Shown here: positions 37,832 through 46,797 of the stretch, piece by piece
Layout: each line of letters opens with the position of its first letter
Numbering within the stretch: position 1 is the stretch's first letter
Notes under the pieces: model-generated
The model's input: only the letters and a program-made list of their open reading frames with translations
Told to the model about the DNA's origin: nothing
The model's database searches: none
DNA from: a virus
Lineage: Duplodnaviria > Caudoviricetes
IMG/VR virus record: IMGVR_UViG_3300020045_018361
Coordinates: 1 to 62,559 of that record
Direction: 5' to 3' (one strand)
DNA: 62,559 nucleotides
Translations under genes and position numbers: made by a program

Positions 37832-38026
37832 ATGGCGATGTGGATGGTGAGCTACGACTGTGACGGCGTGAGATCGACAATCCTGATCCACGCGGCCGAT
37901 GCCAAGAGCATGAAGCGGGCAGACCTGAATGCCAGCGTGCGGAACGCCGCGGACCGAGCCAAGGCCAGGCTGGTCAAGCGCGGCCTGAAAAACGTCAAAA
38001 TCTACGACGCGCGTTGCGTCGGTTAA
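37832..38026 (+). CDS. Small early protein
   Basis: AGGAG RBS, directly after promoter. Confidence 0.65.
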   Translation: MAMWMVSYDCDGVRSTILIHAADAKSMKRADLNASVRNAADRAKARLVKRGLKNVKIYDARCVG

Positions 38027-38060
38027 CCCGTGGCGATGGTGCAACGAATAGGAGACTGAC

Positions 38061-38345
38061 ATGGATTACACTGGAAAATACGTGATCGTTCGATGCGATC
38101 GTGCAGGGGTGCATATTGGGACACTTGTCGAGCGAAATGGACGCGAGGTCACACTGACGGACGCACGTCGCATCTGGTCCTGGGAAGGGGCATTTACTCT
38201 CTCTGCGATTGCACAAAAGGGTATCAAAAAGGGGCGACTGTCCACGTCTGTCCCGTCTATCTTATTGTTGGACACTATCGAGATCATACCCACCACTGAA
38301 ATTGCACGGGAAAATTTGTCCACCGTAAAGGATTACACACCGTGA
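38061..38345 (+). CDS. Small conserved phage protein (DUF6948-like)
   Basis: GKYVIVR...AGV..G.L...EVTL.DARRIW.W.GAFTLS...IEIIP; AGGAG RBS. Confidence 0.7.
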   Translation: MDYTGKYVIVRCDRAGVHIGTLVERNGREVTLTDARRIWSWEGAFTLSAIAQKGIKKGRLSTSVPSILLLDTIEIIPTTEIARENLSTVKDYTP

Positions 38346-38593
38346 TTAAAAAAATCACCCAAGACGGGTCCGGAGAAGGATCCGGGTTCGGGTATGGGTC
38401 CGGAGAAGGATTCGGAGAAGGATTCGGGGACAGGTATGGATATGGGTTCGGATCCGGGGGCGGGTCCGAGTCTGGGTCCGGGGAAGGATCTGGATCCGGA
38501 TCCGGGGACGGGTATGGAGACGGGTTCGGGGGCGGATCCGGGTGTGGGTATGGGTATGGGTCCGGGACCAAGTCCCGGACCGGGTATGGATGA
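38342..38593 (+). CDS. Gly-Ser/Gly-aromatic dipeptide-repeat protein 1
   Basis: MIKKITQD then (GX)n; AAGGA RBS. Confidence 0.6.
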   Translation: MIKKITQDGSGEGSGFGYGSGEGFGEGFGDRYGYGFGSGGGSESGSGEGSGSGSGDGYGDGFGGGSGCGYGYGSGTKSRTGYG

Positions 38594-38662
38594 TACATCT
38601 GTCCCACCCACCCTATTGTTGAATACTATCGAAATCATACCCACCGTAAAGGATTACACACC

Positions 38663-39004
38663 ATGACCAAAAAAATCACTCAATACGGATCCGGGGATAG
38701 GAATGAGTCCGGGTTCAGGGACGGGTTTGCGTCCGGAGACGGGTCCGAGTCCGGATTCGGGTTCGGATCTGGGTTCGGGTTCGGGTTCGGATCTGGGTCT
38801 GAATTCGGGTTCGGATCTGGGTCTGGGTCTGGATTTGGGTCTGGATTTGGGTCTGGGTCTGGATTCGGGGATGGGTCCGGATTCGGGGATGGGTCCGGGT
38901 TCAAAGATGGGTCCGGATTCGGGGATGGGTCCGAGGATAGATTCGGGGATGGGTCCGGGTTCAAAGATGGGTCCGGAACCGCGGACAGGACCGGACATGG
39001 GTGA
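38663..39004 (+). CDS. Gly-Ser/Gly-aromatic repeat protein 2
   Basis: MTKKITQY then (GX)n; same RBS context. Confidence 0.6.
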   Translation: MTKKITQYGSGDRNESGFRDGFASGDGSESGFGFGSGFGFGFGSGSEFGFGSGSGSGFGSGFGSGSGFGDGSGFGDGSGFKDGSGFGDGSEDRFGDGSGFKDGSGTADRTGHG

Positions 39005-39083
39005 TACGTCTGTCCATGTCTGTCCCGCTCGTTCTGTTGTTAAATACTATCGAACTCATACTTGCCATAAAGGATCACACCGT

Positions 39084-39263
39084 ATGACCAAAATAATCAC
39101 TCAATACGGGTCCGGGTCCGGGTCCGGGTCCGGCTTCGGGTCCGGGTCCGGCTTCGGGTCCGGCTTCGGGTCCGGGTCCGGGTCCGGGTCCGGCTTCGGG
39201 TTCATGGACGGGTTCGGGTTCGTGGCCGGGTCCGGCTTCGGGTTCGTGGCCGGGTCCGGATAA
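39084..39263 (+). CDS. Gly-Ser/Gly-Phe repeat protein 3
   Basis: MTKIITQY then (GS/GF)n; same RBS context. Confidence 0.55.
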   Translation: MTKIITQYGSGSGSGSGFGSGSGFGSGFGSGSGSGSGFGFMDGFGFVAGSGFGFVAGSG

Positions 39264-39340
39264 TACGCCTGACGATACGATAGCCGGTCCCACGGGCCGG
39301 CCTTCGCCTGGACAGGCCAGGGAAACAACAAGGGACCGAC

Positions 39341-39472
39341 ATGAAATTCAAATGTGAAATCGACATAGACAACGCGGCGTTCGATGGGTGGACCGGCGGG
39401 GAAGTTTGGCGCACCCTCTCCTATGACATACTCCAAGCACTGGAATCCGGTTTGCCCGAATTTTTGAAATAA
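39341..39472 (+). pseudogene. 43-aa ORF apparently truncated by promoter block A
   Basis: MKFKCEIDIDNAAFD...; the stop lies inside the duplicated 72-bp block. Confidence 0.45.
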
Positions 39473-39530
39473 AATTACCCTGTTTTCCTGTTTACAAGGA
39501 AGGCAAAACTTATTAAATTACCTTATCGGC
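39459..39530 (+). promoter_or_regulatory. Early promoter block A, copy 2
   Basis: Exact 72-bp duplicate of 37730-37801. Confidence 0.75.
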
Positions 39531-39552
39531 ACAAACAAGTGGGATAACTACC

Positions 39553-40155
39553 ATGAACTTCTCAATCTTCAACACCGCGACTCTCTCCCGGGGATGCCAC
39601 AAATCTGGCGAGGGCACGTGTGCCCTGGAGCTACTCAATTTGGCTGTGACAGGCCAGCACACAGACGCGCCTCCAGAGTGCCTCACGCTCATGCTGTCCT
39701 GTCTTCCCCCCCTTAATGACGGACCCTGGCGGAATGATGAGCATCGAACGACGGTGATCCTGCCATACCTCCTACGGCTGGCCCTGTGCCGGCGCAATCC
39801 GGAAATTGACCAGAAATTGACGTACGCCCTCGCGGACTACGCCATGAGGGCAATAGTGCCGAAAGCGCGTGCCGTCTGTGGGCCGATCCATTGCGCTGTA
39901 TACGCCGCGATGGCGAAGGACGCGATGGCGAAGGACGCGATGGCGAAGGAGGCAGTGGCGGAGGCGGCGGAAACGGCGGCAAAGGCGGTGGCGGCGAGGG
40001 CGGTGGCGGCGAAGGTGAGAGCGGTAAAGGCAGCAGTGGCGCCGTGGGCGGCCGCGAAGATGAGGGCGGCGCGGGCATCGCGGGCAGAGGTAGATTCAAT
40101 TGAGCGCCACACTCGTGCTATCTTGGAAATAATCTGCGTCGAGCACGGCGTATAG
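39553..40155 (+). CDS. Ala-rich paralog 1
   Basis: LSRG.H..GEGTCA.ELL...PECL...LNDGPWR head plus Ala-rich tail. Confidence 0.75.
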   Translation: MNFSIFNTATLSRGCHKSGEGTCALELLNLAVTGQHTDAPPECLTLMLSCLPPLNDGPWRNDEHRTTVILPYLLRLALCRRNPEIDQKLTYALADYAMRAIVPKARAVCGPIHCAVYAAMAKDAMAKDAMAKEAVAEAAETAAKAVAARAVAAKVRAVKAAVAPWAAAKMRAARASRAEVDSIERHTRAILEIICVEHGV

Positions 40156-40236
40156 AAGATGGAAAGCCGGCTTCTAACCCCCCTCACCGACCTATGGGCG
40201 GCTAACTCCAGCACAGGTTCCAAAAGGAAAGCCAAC

Positions 40237-41268
40237 ATGGACCTTTCAATCCTCACCTCCCCTGGAGTGACACTCTCTCGGGGAGCCCACAAACCGGGCG
40301 AGGGCACGTGTGCCAGGGAGCTACTCCATCTAGCCGTTACAGGGCAGCATGCAGACGAGACCCCAGAGTGCCTCACGCTCGCGCTGTCCTGCCTCCCCCC
40401 GCTGAATGACGGACCCTGGCGGGACGACGTCCACAGGACGACGGTGATCCGGCCATACCTCCTACGGCTGGCCTTGTGCCCGCGCAATTCGGAGATTGAC
40501 CGGAAATTGGCGTATGACCTAACGGATTACGCCGTGCGAGTAGTAGTGCCTGAGGCTCTGGACGAGGTCAAGTTGACTGATCACGCGGAGACGCTACGGG
40601 GCCTAGACCCGGTGGTAGATGTTGATACAGCGAAAGTGGCGGTGACTGCGACGTCGACGTCGACGTTGTACGCGGCCTCAGCGGCTGCAGCGGCGGCGCG
40701 GCTGGTAGAGACGGTGGAGACGGAGATAGTGGCGGCGGTGGGGATGGCGGGGATGGTGGCGAGGGCGGTGAGGGCGGCGGCTGAGACAACGGGGGCGACG
40801 GCGGTGAGGGCGACGAGGGCGGAGGAGGCGGCAATGGCTGAGGCGGTGAGGGTGGCGAGGGCGGAGGAGGCGACGGCGGTGAGGGCGGCGAGGATGGTGG
40901 CGACGGCGGCGGCGAGGATGGTGGCTGAGGCTGAGGCTGAGGCTGAGGCTGAGGCTGAGGCTGAGGCTGAGGCTGAGACTGAGACTGAGGCTGAGGCTGA
41001 GACTGAGGCTGAGGCTGAGGCGTTGGCGGCGAAGGCAGCGAAGGCCGCGAAGGCAGCGGCTGTGGCGAAGGTGGTAGCGGCGAAGGCGTTGGCAGCAGCG
41101 AAGGCAGCAGCGAAGGCAGCAGCGGCGGCAGCGGCGGCAGCGGCGAAGGCAGCGGCAGCGGCAGCGGCAGTGGCAGCAGTGGCAGTGGCAGCGAAAGCGG
41201 CGGCAGCGGCGATTGAGCGCCACACTCGCGCTATCTTGGAAATAATCTGCGTCGAGCACGGCGTATAG
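40237..41268 (+). CDS. Ala-rich paralog 2 (expanded AE/AK tract)
   Basis: Same head and C-terminus IERHTRAILEIICVEHGV. Confidence 0.75.
   Translation: MDLSILTSPGVTLSRGAHKPGEGTCARELLHLAVTGQHADETPECLTLALSCLPPLNDGPWRDDVHRTTVIRPYLLRLALCPRNSEIDRKLAYDLTDYAVRVVVPEALDEVKLTDHAETLRGLDPVVDVDTAKVAVTATSTSTLYAASAAAAAARLVETVETEIVAAVGMAGMVARAVRAAAETTGATAVRATRAEEAAMAEAVRVARAEEATAVRAARMVATAAARMVAEAEAEAEAEAEAEAEAETETEAEAETEAEAEALAAKAAKAAKAAAVAKVVAAKALAAAKAAAKAAAAAAAAAAKAAAAAAAVAAVAVAAKAAAAAIERHTRAILEIICVEHGV
40924..41019 (+). repeat. (RCTGAG)16 in-frame microsatellite
   Basis: GCTGAG/ACTGAG tandem array encoding (A/T)E. Confidence 0.9.
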
Positions 41269-41284
41269 AAGATGGAAAGCCAAC

Positions 41285-41875
41285 ATGGACCTTTCAATCC
41301 TCACCTCCCCTGGAGTGATTCTCTCGCACGGGTTACACCGTCCGGGTCAGGGCACGTGTGCCCGGGAGTTACTCCATTTGGCTGTGACAGGCCGGCACGC
41401 AGACGAGACTCCAGAGTGCCTCACGCTCATGCTGTCCTGCCTTCCCCTTCTCAATGACGGACCCTGGCGGGATGACGCACATCGGACAACGGCAATCTTG
41501 CCGTATCTACTAAGATTGGCCCTGTGCCGGCGCGACCCGGAGATTGATCAGCGTCTAGCGTATGACCTAACGGATTACGCTGTGCGAGTGGTAGCGCCTG
41601 AGGCTTTGGACGAGGTTGAGTTGACTGATCACGTGGAGACGCTACGGGGCCTATATCCGATGGTAAATGCTGATACAGCAAAGGTGGCGGTGGCGGTGGC
41701 GATGGCGGCAAGGGCGAAGGCAGCGAGGGCCGCAGCGAAGGCAGCGAAGGCCGCGAAGGCAGCGAAGGCAGCGAGGGCAGCAGCGGCGAATGCGGCAGTG
41801 GCCGCGAAGGCGGCGGCGATTGAGCGCTATACCAAGGACCTTCTTGCAATCATCTGCACCGCCCATAGTGTATAA
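41285..41875 (+). CDS. Ala-rich paralog 3
   Basis: Same head; AAKAAKAAK tract. Confidence 0.75.
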   Translation: MDLSILTSPGVILSHGLHRPGQGTCARELLHLAVTGRHADETPECLTLMLSCLPLLNDGPWRDDAHRTTAILPYLLRLALCRRDPEIDQRLAYDLTDYAVRVVAPEALDEVELTDHVETLRGLYPMVNADTAKVAVAVAMAARAKAARAAAKAAKAAKAAKAARAAAANAAVAAKAAAIERYTKDLLAIICTAHSV

Positions 41876-41971
41876 GATCACGCCAAATAAGCGAACATCC
41901 GTCGTTTTCGCCGAAAAGTTTCGTCACGTCAACCCAGGCATAAAGTAGCCTAGCAGCAAATCGAGATTATC

Positions 41972-42316
41972 ATGATCAAACCCGGCCAGCACCCTGCGAT
42001 GATGAAGGCCATGGTAGACGCAATGATCGGAGATTGGTTCTCCGTAGATCTAGTCCAGCACAAAAGCCAAAGAGAAATTATGACGGCCGCCCTCGCCGCA
42101 GCCCTTCGTGTTGCGGCAGAATGGGAAGTGCCACACAAGTTAGTCGGTATAGAGGCGGAACCAACTATGGTTGAGGCCGGGGCTAAACGACTGGCTGGCT
42201 TTGAAGATGACAGCATCTGGCCTGACTCATGGGAGCATTTTCAGGTCTCCGCGATGTATAATCAGGCTGATCGGTTGTGGCGTGCCATGTTCGATGCGGC
42301 AGGAAAAATACCATGA
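41972..42316 (+). CDS. Hypothetical protein
   Basis: 114 aa; ATGA overlap with the next gene. Confidence 0.6.
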   Translation: MIKPGQHPAMMKAMVDAMIGDWFSVDLVQHKSQREIMTAALAAALRVAAEWEVPHKLVGIEAEPTMVEAGAKRLAGFEDDSIWPDSWEHFQVSAMYNQADRLWRAMFDAAGKIP

Positions 42317-43119
42317 GTTCTCCCTGGATACTCGCAACAACATATTATGGGCCCATGATCATCAATCGTTTTGACCGAATGGTTGCGGCTAATGGCATTA
42401 CTTACGGCGTGGGCGCTCAGCTTCTTGACTCCGGCGTTTATGACGTCGCGGACTTGGAGACCACTCTTAGAATTTTTGATTTGCTACGTCACTATCGCTC
42501 GCCCAACAATGAACGACATCTCGTGTTTCTTGACGGAGGCGCGAATATAGGTGCTTTTACGATACCCTGGGCAAAACACGTAAAAGATTGGGGACAAATC
42601 GTAGCAATTGAACCACAAGACCAAATTTTTTACGCGTTGTGCGGGAATGTGGTTCTGAATAATCTGGACAACGTGAAGTGCATCAATTCTCTACTCCATG
42701 TTGCCTACAATCATTCGGTGAAAATACCGCGCCTTGATTACACAAAATCGGCTAGCTTTGGCAGCTTGTCCATGCAGCGTCGATTCGACAACGACACGGG
42801 ACAAGATATTTCGTGGGAAGAGACTCACTCGTCGACAAGCGTTCCGCTTGAAATTTGTGGCGAGCATCTGGATTTTGTAAAATTAGATCTGGAGGGAATG
42901 GAGATTCAAGTACTTTCTTCGGCTGCGGCGTATATAGAAAAAACGAAGCCAGTACTTTGTGTTGAGCATCTGAAAACAAGTGTTGAAGGACTTCAATCAT
43001 TATTCGCGGCTTGGGACTATATCCCGTTTGTGACAGATAAAGACATTTGGGCTGTTCATCAAGATGATCCGGTACTTGCCCATTTGGAGACGCGAACTAA
43101 TCAGGAGAACGTGAAATGA
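42313..43119 (+). CDS. FkbM-family SAM-dependent methyltransferase
   Basis: FLDGGANIGAFT, VAIEPQ, DFVKLDLEGME, KPVLCVE. Confidence 0.9.
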   Translation: MSSPWILATTYYGPMIINRFDRMVAANGITYGVGAQLLDSGVYDVADLETTLRIFDLLRHYRSPNNERHLVFLDGGANIGAFTIPWAKHVKDWGQIVAIEPQDQIFYALCGNVVLNNLDNVKCINSLLHVAYNHSVKIPRLDYTKSASFGSLSMQRRFDNDTGQDISWEETHSSTSVPLEICGEHLDFVKLDLEGMEIQVLSSAAAYIEKTKPVLCVEHLKTSVEGLQSLFAAWDYIPFVTDKDIWAVHQDDPVLAHLETRTNQENVK

Positions 43120-43430
43120 GACTCATTGCGTTCTTTGGGTTGGTGCGGTGGTTTGGCCTATATGCCTATCACTACGGGGGCCGTGTCGAGTCGGCCATGC
43201 CGGACCATACTCGCCCGTGGCTGGAGCATTGCTCTGATCCATTAGACATTCTGTTAAACATAGTCGACGGCAGGAGTGCTTCTGGCGCAGCTTGTGATTC
43301 GAGAGGTCTTCCACTGATGCTCGCTGATCGTCCTTATTTGACCCGTTTCCCGCAAGGGGAAGCCTCGCCGGCAGGCGGCGCAAGATCGTCGGCCGGCGCG
43401 TCGTCAACTGTTGCGGAGGAACGGCGATGA
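43116..43430 (+). CDS. Hypothetical, chimeric (first ~48 aa shared with 44700-44939)
   Basis: GGAG RBS; 157-bp duplicated 5' block. Confidence 0.45.
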   Translation: MRLIAFFGLVRWFGLYAYHYGGRVESAMPDHTRPWLEHCSDPLDILLNIVDGRSASGAACDSRGLPLMLADRPYLTRFPQGEASPAGGARSSAGASSTVAEERR

Positions 43431-43636
43431 ACCTTGAAGCCCGCATCGTCTTTGTGAACGGGCAAATCGCGCGGTTCAATGCTGAAATAGCGATGATGTG
43501 CGCGGCGAATTCCGAGCGACAACACCGGGGCGAGGTGCTGGCTTATCCTGAAAGCGCCTTCAAGAAATGCATCGACCGCTATGAGTGCGTGGTCGGGCAC
43601 AACGCGGTGGTTAGCTATCTGGTGCATGAGCTATGA
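43427..43636 (+). CDS. Hypothetical protein
   Basis: GGAGG RBS, coupled overlaps. Confidence 0.6.
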   Translation: MNLEARIVFVNGQIARFNAEIAMMCAANSERQHRGEVLAYPESAFKKCIDRYECVVGHNAVVSYLVHEL

Positions 43637-43836
43637 GCACGATCAAGGCAGCGGACGATTACGCGGCCATCGCGGCGCGGATGCGGGAGATCGCAGACGG
43701 ACGCGAGGAAGTGGCCGAGTGCCACGAATGCGATGGTCGTGGTTGGGTGACGTACGCAAACCCAGTGGCAAACCAGCCCAACTTTGTGCAATGCCCACGG
43801 TGCGAAAACCCGAAAGGATTGCTGTGCCCGTCATAA
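43633..43836 (+). CDS. Small zinc-ribbon protein
   Basis: CHECDGRG...CPRC. Confidence 0.6.
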   Translation: MSTIKAADDYAAIAARMREIADGREEVAECHECDGRGWVTYANPVANQPNFVQCPRCENPKGLLCPS

Positions 43837-43902
43837 CCATCACCAGTTTCCCGCAAGGGGAAATTTCGCAGGCGGACTGGTAGGGAATACTTGTGGATAT
43901 CG

Positions 43903-43976
43903 AAGTTTTCTGTTTACAAACTTAAAAAGATGTGCTACAAGATATCTCGTTGATTGACACCAAGGAGAACCCGAGA
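43903..43976 (+). promoter_or_regulatory. Promoter+RBS block B, copy 1 (TTTACA-N17-TACAAG)
   Basis: 74 bp, 5 mismatches to 49537-49610. Confidence 0.7.
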
Positions 43977-43977
43977 G

Positions 43978-44220
43978 ATGGTCAAAATTGACAAGGGCGT
44001 GCCCATTCCGGTCTGGCGCCGAGGCCACGGTTTTCCTTCGCAATATCCAATTTTAGATATGAAAGTAGGGGATTCTATTTTTGTCCCGGGGAAGAGAACG
44101 GGAACTCTGCGCGGGGCCGCGCAAGCGCAGACTAAACGGATGTCCCCGAAATGGACTTTTACGACACGAAAGGTGACCGAAAACGGTATCGAGGGCAGGC
44201 GTCTTTGGCGAACATCGTAA
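43978..44220 (+). CDS. Small basic putative DNA-binding protein
   Basis: KIDKGVPIP...YP...MKVGDSIFVP...RLWR. Confidence 0.7.
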   Translation: MVKIDKGVPIPVWRRGHGFPSQYPILDMKVGDSIFVPGKRTGTLRGAAQAQTKRMSPKWTFTTRKVTENGIEGRRLWRTS

Positions 44221-44353
44221 TGAAGATTGCTCGGCCCACGTTCATCACTTGTGCCCATGAGACGACGAGGGACGTTACCGAGCAGGGCAGCGCATCGCTG
44301 AACGGCGTGTCGCTGACCGATAGGAAGAGACTGGCCGAAGGGAGAGTCTGGTC

Positions 44354-44671
44354 ATGAGCGAAACCACTCAGCTTTATGAGATCAAATCCTGGGCAACGGG
44401 CGCCGTGCTGTTCAGCGGCGAATATCAGTCGTTCCGAGCGTGCGTCGCCAACTTTTTCGACGGCTGCGGATTACCGCAGCAACTCAACCGACCGGGGCGG
44501 TGCGCCGTCGGACCCCGGAATTTTGCGAAGGGCAGTCATGATATGAGGGTCCGGAGGAATGACCCAGTGACAAAAACTGAGGCGCCCCTGCTGGCCTGGC
44601 TGATCATAGTGGCCGCCTTGACGGCAGGAGCGCTTCTGGTGCGGCTTATGATTCGAGAGGTCTTTCTGTGA
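44354..44671 (+). CDS. Hypothetical, possibly chimeric or degraded
   Basis: YEIKSWATGAVLFSGE start; ends in a block duplicated at 43266-43310. Confidence 0.35.
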   Translation: MSETTQLYEIKSWATGAVLFSGEYQSFRACVANFFDGCGLPQQLNRPGRCAVGPRNFAKGSHDMRVRRNDPVTKTEAPLLAWLIIVAALTAGALLVRLMIREVFL

Positions 44672-44699
44672 TGCTCCCCGCGCCATCGGAGAACGTGAA

Positions 44700-44939
44700 A
44701 TGAGACTCGTTTTGTTACTGGGGTTGATGTGGTGGTTTGGCCTGTATGCCCATCACTACGGGTTCCGTGCCGAGTCGGCCATGCCGGACTTTACCCATCC
44801 GTGGTTAGAGCATTGCTCTGGTCCATTGCACATTCTGTTAAACACGGGGGAGCCGGGGCGCTCCTTGCTAAAATGTCAAAGCCACAGGCCTGGAAGCGAG
44901 TTTCACTACATCCTGGAGCCGATAGGAGAACCGCTTTGA
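44700..44939 (+). CDS. Hypothetical (paralog of the 43116 N-terminus)
   Basis: Duplicated 5' block with RBS. Confidence 0.45.
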   Translation: MRLVLLLGLMWWFGLYAHHYGFRAESAMPDFTHPWLEHCSGPLHILLNTGEPGRSLLKCQSHRPGSEFHYILEPIGEPL

Positions 44940-45158
44940 CCATTCGCCAAATCGTCGTCCTCCAGCTAGTCACGCTCATCACCATGCCCACGCCCACGCC
45001 CGGGAGCCCGATGAGGGACATCACCGAGCAAGGCGGCGCGTCGTTGAACTCCGGAATTCTTCCCAGTTTCCCGCAAGGGGAAGCCTCGCCGGCAGGCTCC
45101 GCCGGTAACGTCTCGTCTCCTATCTCCTACCTGCACCCCGGCCGCCTGCCGGGGCAAC

Positions 45159-45210
45159 TCCCGCCGCCGGCCTGGACGTAACAAACCCTCGGCCGGCGGT
45201 GGGGATTTTT
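45159..45210 (+). terminator. Putative intrinsic terminator
   Basis: 14-bp GC-rich stem 45159-72/45191-204 followed by ATTTTT. Confidence 0.5.
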
Positions 45211-45275
45211 GGGGAATGTAGCGGCTGAGTGGCAACTTAAACGCGAGACACAGTTAATCGAACAGGCGATGTGAA

Positions 45276-45473
45276 ATGAACGACAAAAGCATCAAAAAAG
45301 CATACGATCTAGCGAAGCTATTCATCGACAAAGTGGGCGAGGAAAAGCTCTCCAGAGTGGAATACGAGAGCGCCGGCCACACCTTCACTACCATCAGCGC
45401 CAAAGCTTCTGGAGCTCTGCGTCGCGCCAGCATGGATTTAACCCGAGCACTCGCGGAGATGCGCAAGCCATGA
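45276..45473 (+). CDS. Small phage protein
   Basis: KASGALRRASMDLTRALAEMRK. Confidence 0.6.
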   Translation: MNDKSIKKAYDLAKLFIDKVGEEKLSRVEYESAGHTFTTISAKASGALRRASMDLTRALAEMRKP

Positions 45474-45550
45474 AAATTCTCGTTACAGGCTTCACAGACT
45501 TTCTACGCGCGCAGGCTCCAATATTTTTATCCCAGGGTCAAACTTTTTAA

Positions 45551-45579
45551 TTTACATTTAGGGGAAACTGGGATATAAA
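45551..45579 (+). promoter_or_regulatory. Promoter TTTACA-N17-TATAAA
   Basis: Upstream 22 bp nearly identical to 50150-50171. Confidence 0.65.
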
Positions 45580-45609
45580 AATTTTATTGACAAGAGCAGG
45601 AGAACGGCG

Positions 45610-46278
45610 GTGTCCCAGATTAAATATACGACGGAGACCGACCTCCAGAGTGGTTTTCTTCGCATTAGGGCTGCGAGAGATATCCCCGCGATAAATGTTA
45701 AAAAGGGGGATTACGGCGGATTAATCGAAAAAGAAGCCAATTTATCGCACGAAGATAATGCCTGGGTCTACGGCAACGCCCGGGTCTGCGACAACGCCCG
45801 GGTCTGCGACAACGCCCGGGTCTACGGCAACGCCCGGGTCTACGACAACGTCTGGGTCTTCGGAAACGCCTGGGTCTACGGCGACGCCTGGGTCTGCGAC
45901 AACGCCCGGGCTTTCGGAGACGCCCGGGTCTACGGCAACACCCGGGTTTACGGCAACGCCCGGGTCTACGGCAACGCCCGGGTCTGCGACAACGCCTGGG
46001 TCTTCGGAGACGCCCGGGTCTACGGCGACGCCTGGGTCTCCGGCGACGCCCGGGTCATAGATGTTGTAATCACAGCAGTTCGCTCTGACGGCCACACCTT
46101 CACTCTGTTCCAGTGTTCGGACAATATTTGGAGATTGACGGCCGGATGCTGGTATTTCACGTTGGATGAAGCAGAAAAACATTGGACAGCGACTCGCGGG
46201 GGCACCCGTCGGGGTGAAGAAAGTCTCGCCATTGTCCGCCTGTTTAGAATTACTGCTAATGCAGGAACGAAACAATGA
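45610..46278 (+). CDS. Hexapeptide-repeat (left-handed beta-helix) protein
   Basis: ~17 x (N/D)A(R/W)V(Y/C/F)(G/D); KKGDYGGLIEKE.NLS head; LTAGC tail. Confidence 0.85.
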   Translation: MSQIKYTTETDLQSGFLRIRAARDIPAINVKKGDYGGLIEKEANLSHEDNAWVYGNARVCDNARVCDNARVYGNARVYDNVWVFGNAWVYGDAWVCDNARAFGDARVYGNTRVYGNARVYGNARVCDNAWVFGDARVYGDAWVSGDARVIDVVITAVRSDGHTFTLFQCSDNIWRLTAGCWYFTLDEAEKHWTATRGGTRRGEESLAIVRLFRITANAGTKQ

Positions 46279-46781
46279 CCTCAGTCCTATACCTCCAAAC
46301 CCGCGAGCATGGGAAATGGGTGCTCGTTGCAAATTCCCCCGTATCTGATGACGTGTCCGAAGTTACGGAGACACTGCGACAAAAGTCTAATATGCTAGAC
46401 CGCAACTGGGGCCGCCGCCGTCCGTGGCGTATTGTCTCTTTGGCCCCCTCGCCGATAGAGTATATCGTTCACTGGCGTAGTGATGTGGCCATCATGTGGG
46501 AAGAGGCTGAAGCCAAGCTTGAGAAAAAGAGATTAGACTGGCGGCCCAAGGCTATCGACGCCTGGGAAATGAAGATTTGTCAGAATGCTATCTATTTCAC
46601 CTTGTGTTCACCAGATGGACGCCTGGTTGCGGTACCACGAGTCGACTCCTATGCTGAAGCCTTGCGCCTGCGAGAAGACTCGAATAAGCCTGGAGGGCTT
46701 ATTTATGCCGTAGCGCCCAACGGACGCTCGGCTCTTGTGACTGACTGGATCGGAGAACAACTACTGAGATCTACAACCTGA
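46275..46781 (+). CDS. Hypothetical protein
   Basis: 168 aa, coupled start. Confidence 0.6.
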   Translation: MTSVLYLQTREHGKWVLVANSPVSDDVSEVTETLRQKSNMLDRNWGRRRPWRIVSLAPSPIEYIVHWRSDVAIMWEEAEAKLEKKRLDWRPKAIDAWEMKICQNAIYFTLCSPDGRLVAVPRVDSYAEALRLREDSNKPGGLIYAVAPNGRSALVTDWIGEQLLRSTT

Positions 46782-46797
46782 GAACTGGAGAACGACG

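Noticed and set aside
38284-41849. Antisense and alternative-frame Pro/Asp-, Arg/Cys- and Ala/Ser-repeat ORFs
   Set aside because: Shadows of stop-poor repeats; RBSs and promoters support the + strand Gly-X and Ala-rich frames.
43104-44844. Diversity-generating retroelement TR/VR pair
   Set aside because: No reverse transcriptase recognised in the genome, and differences are not adenine-specific.
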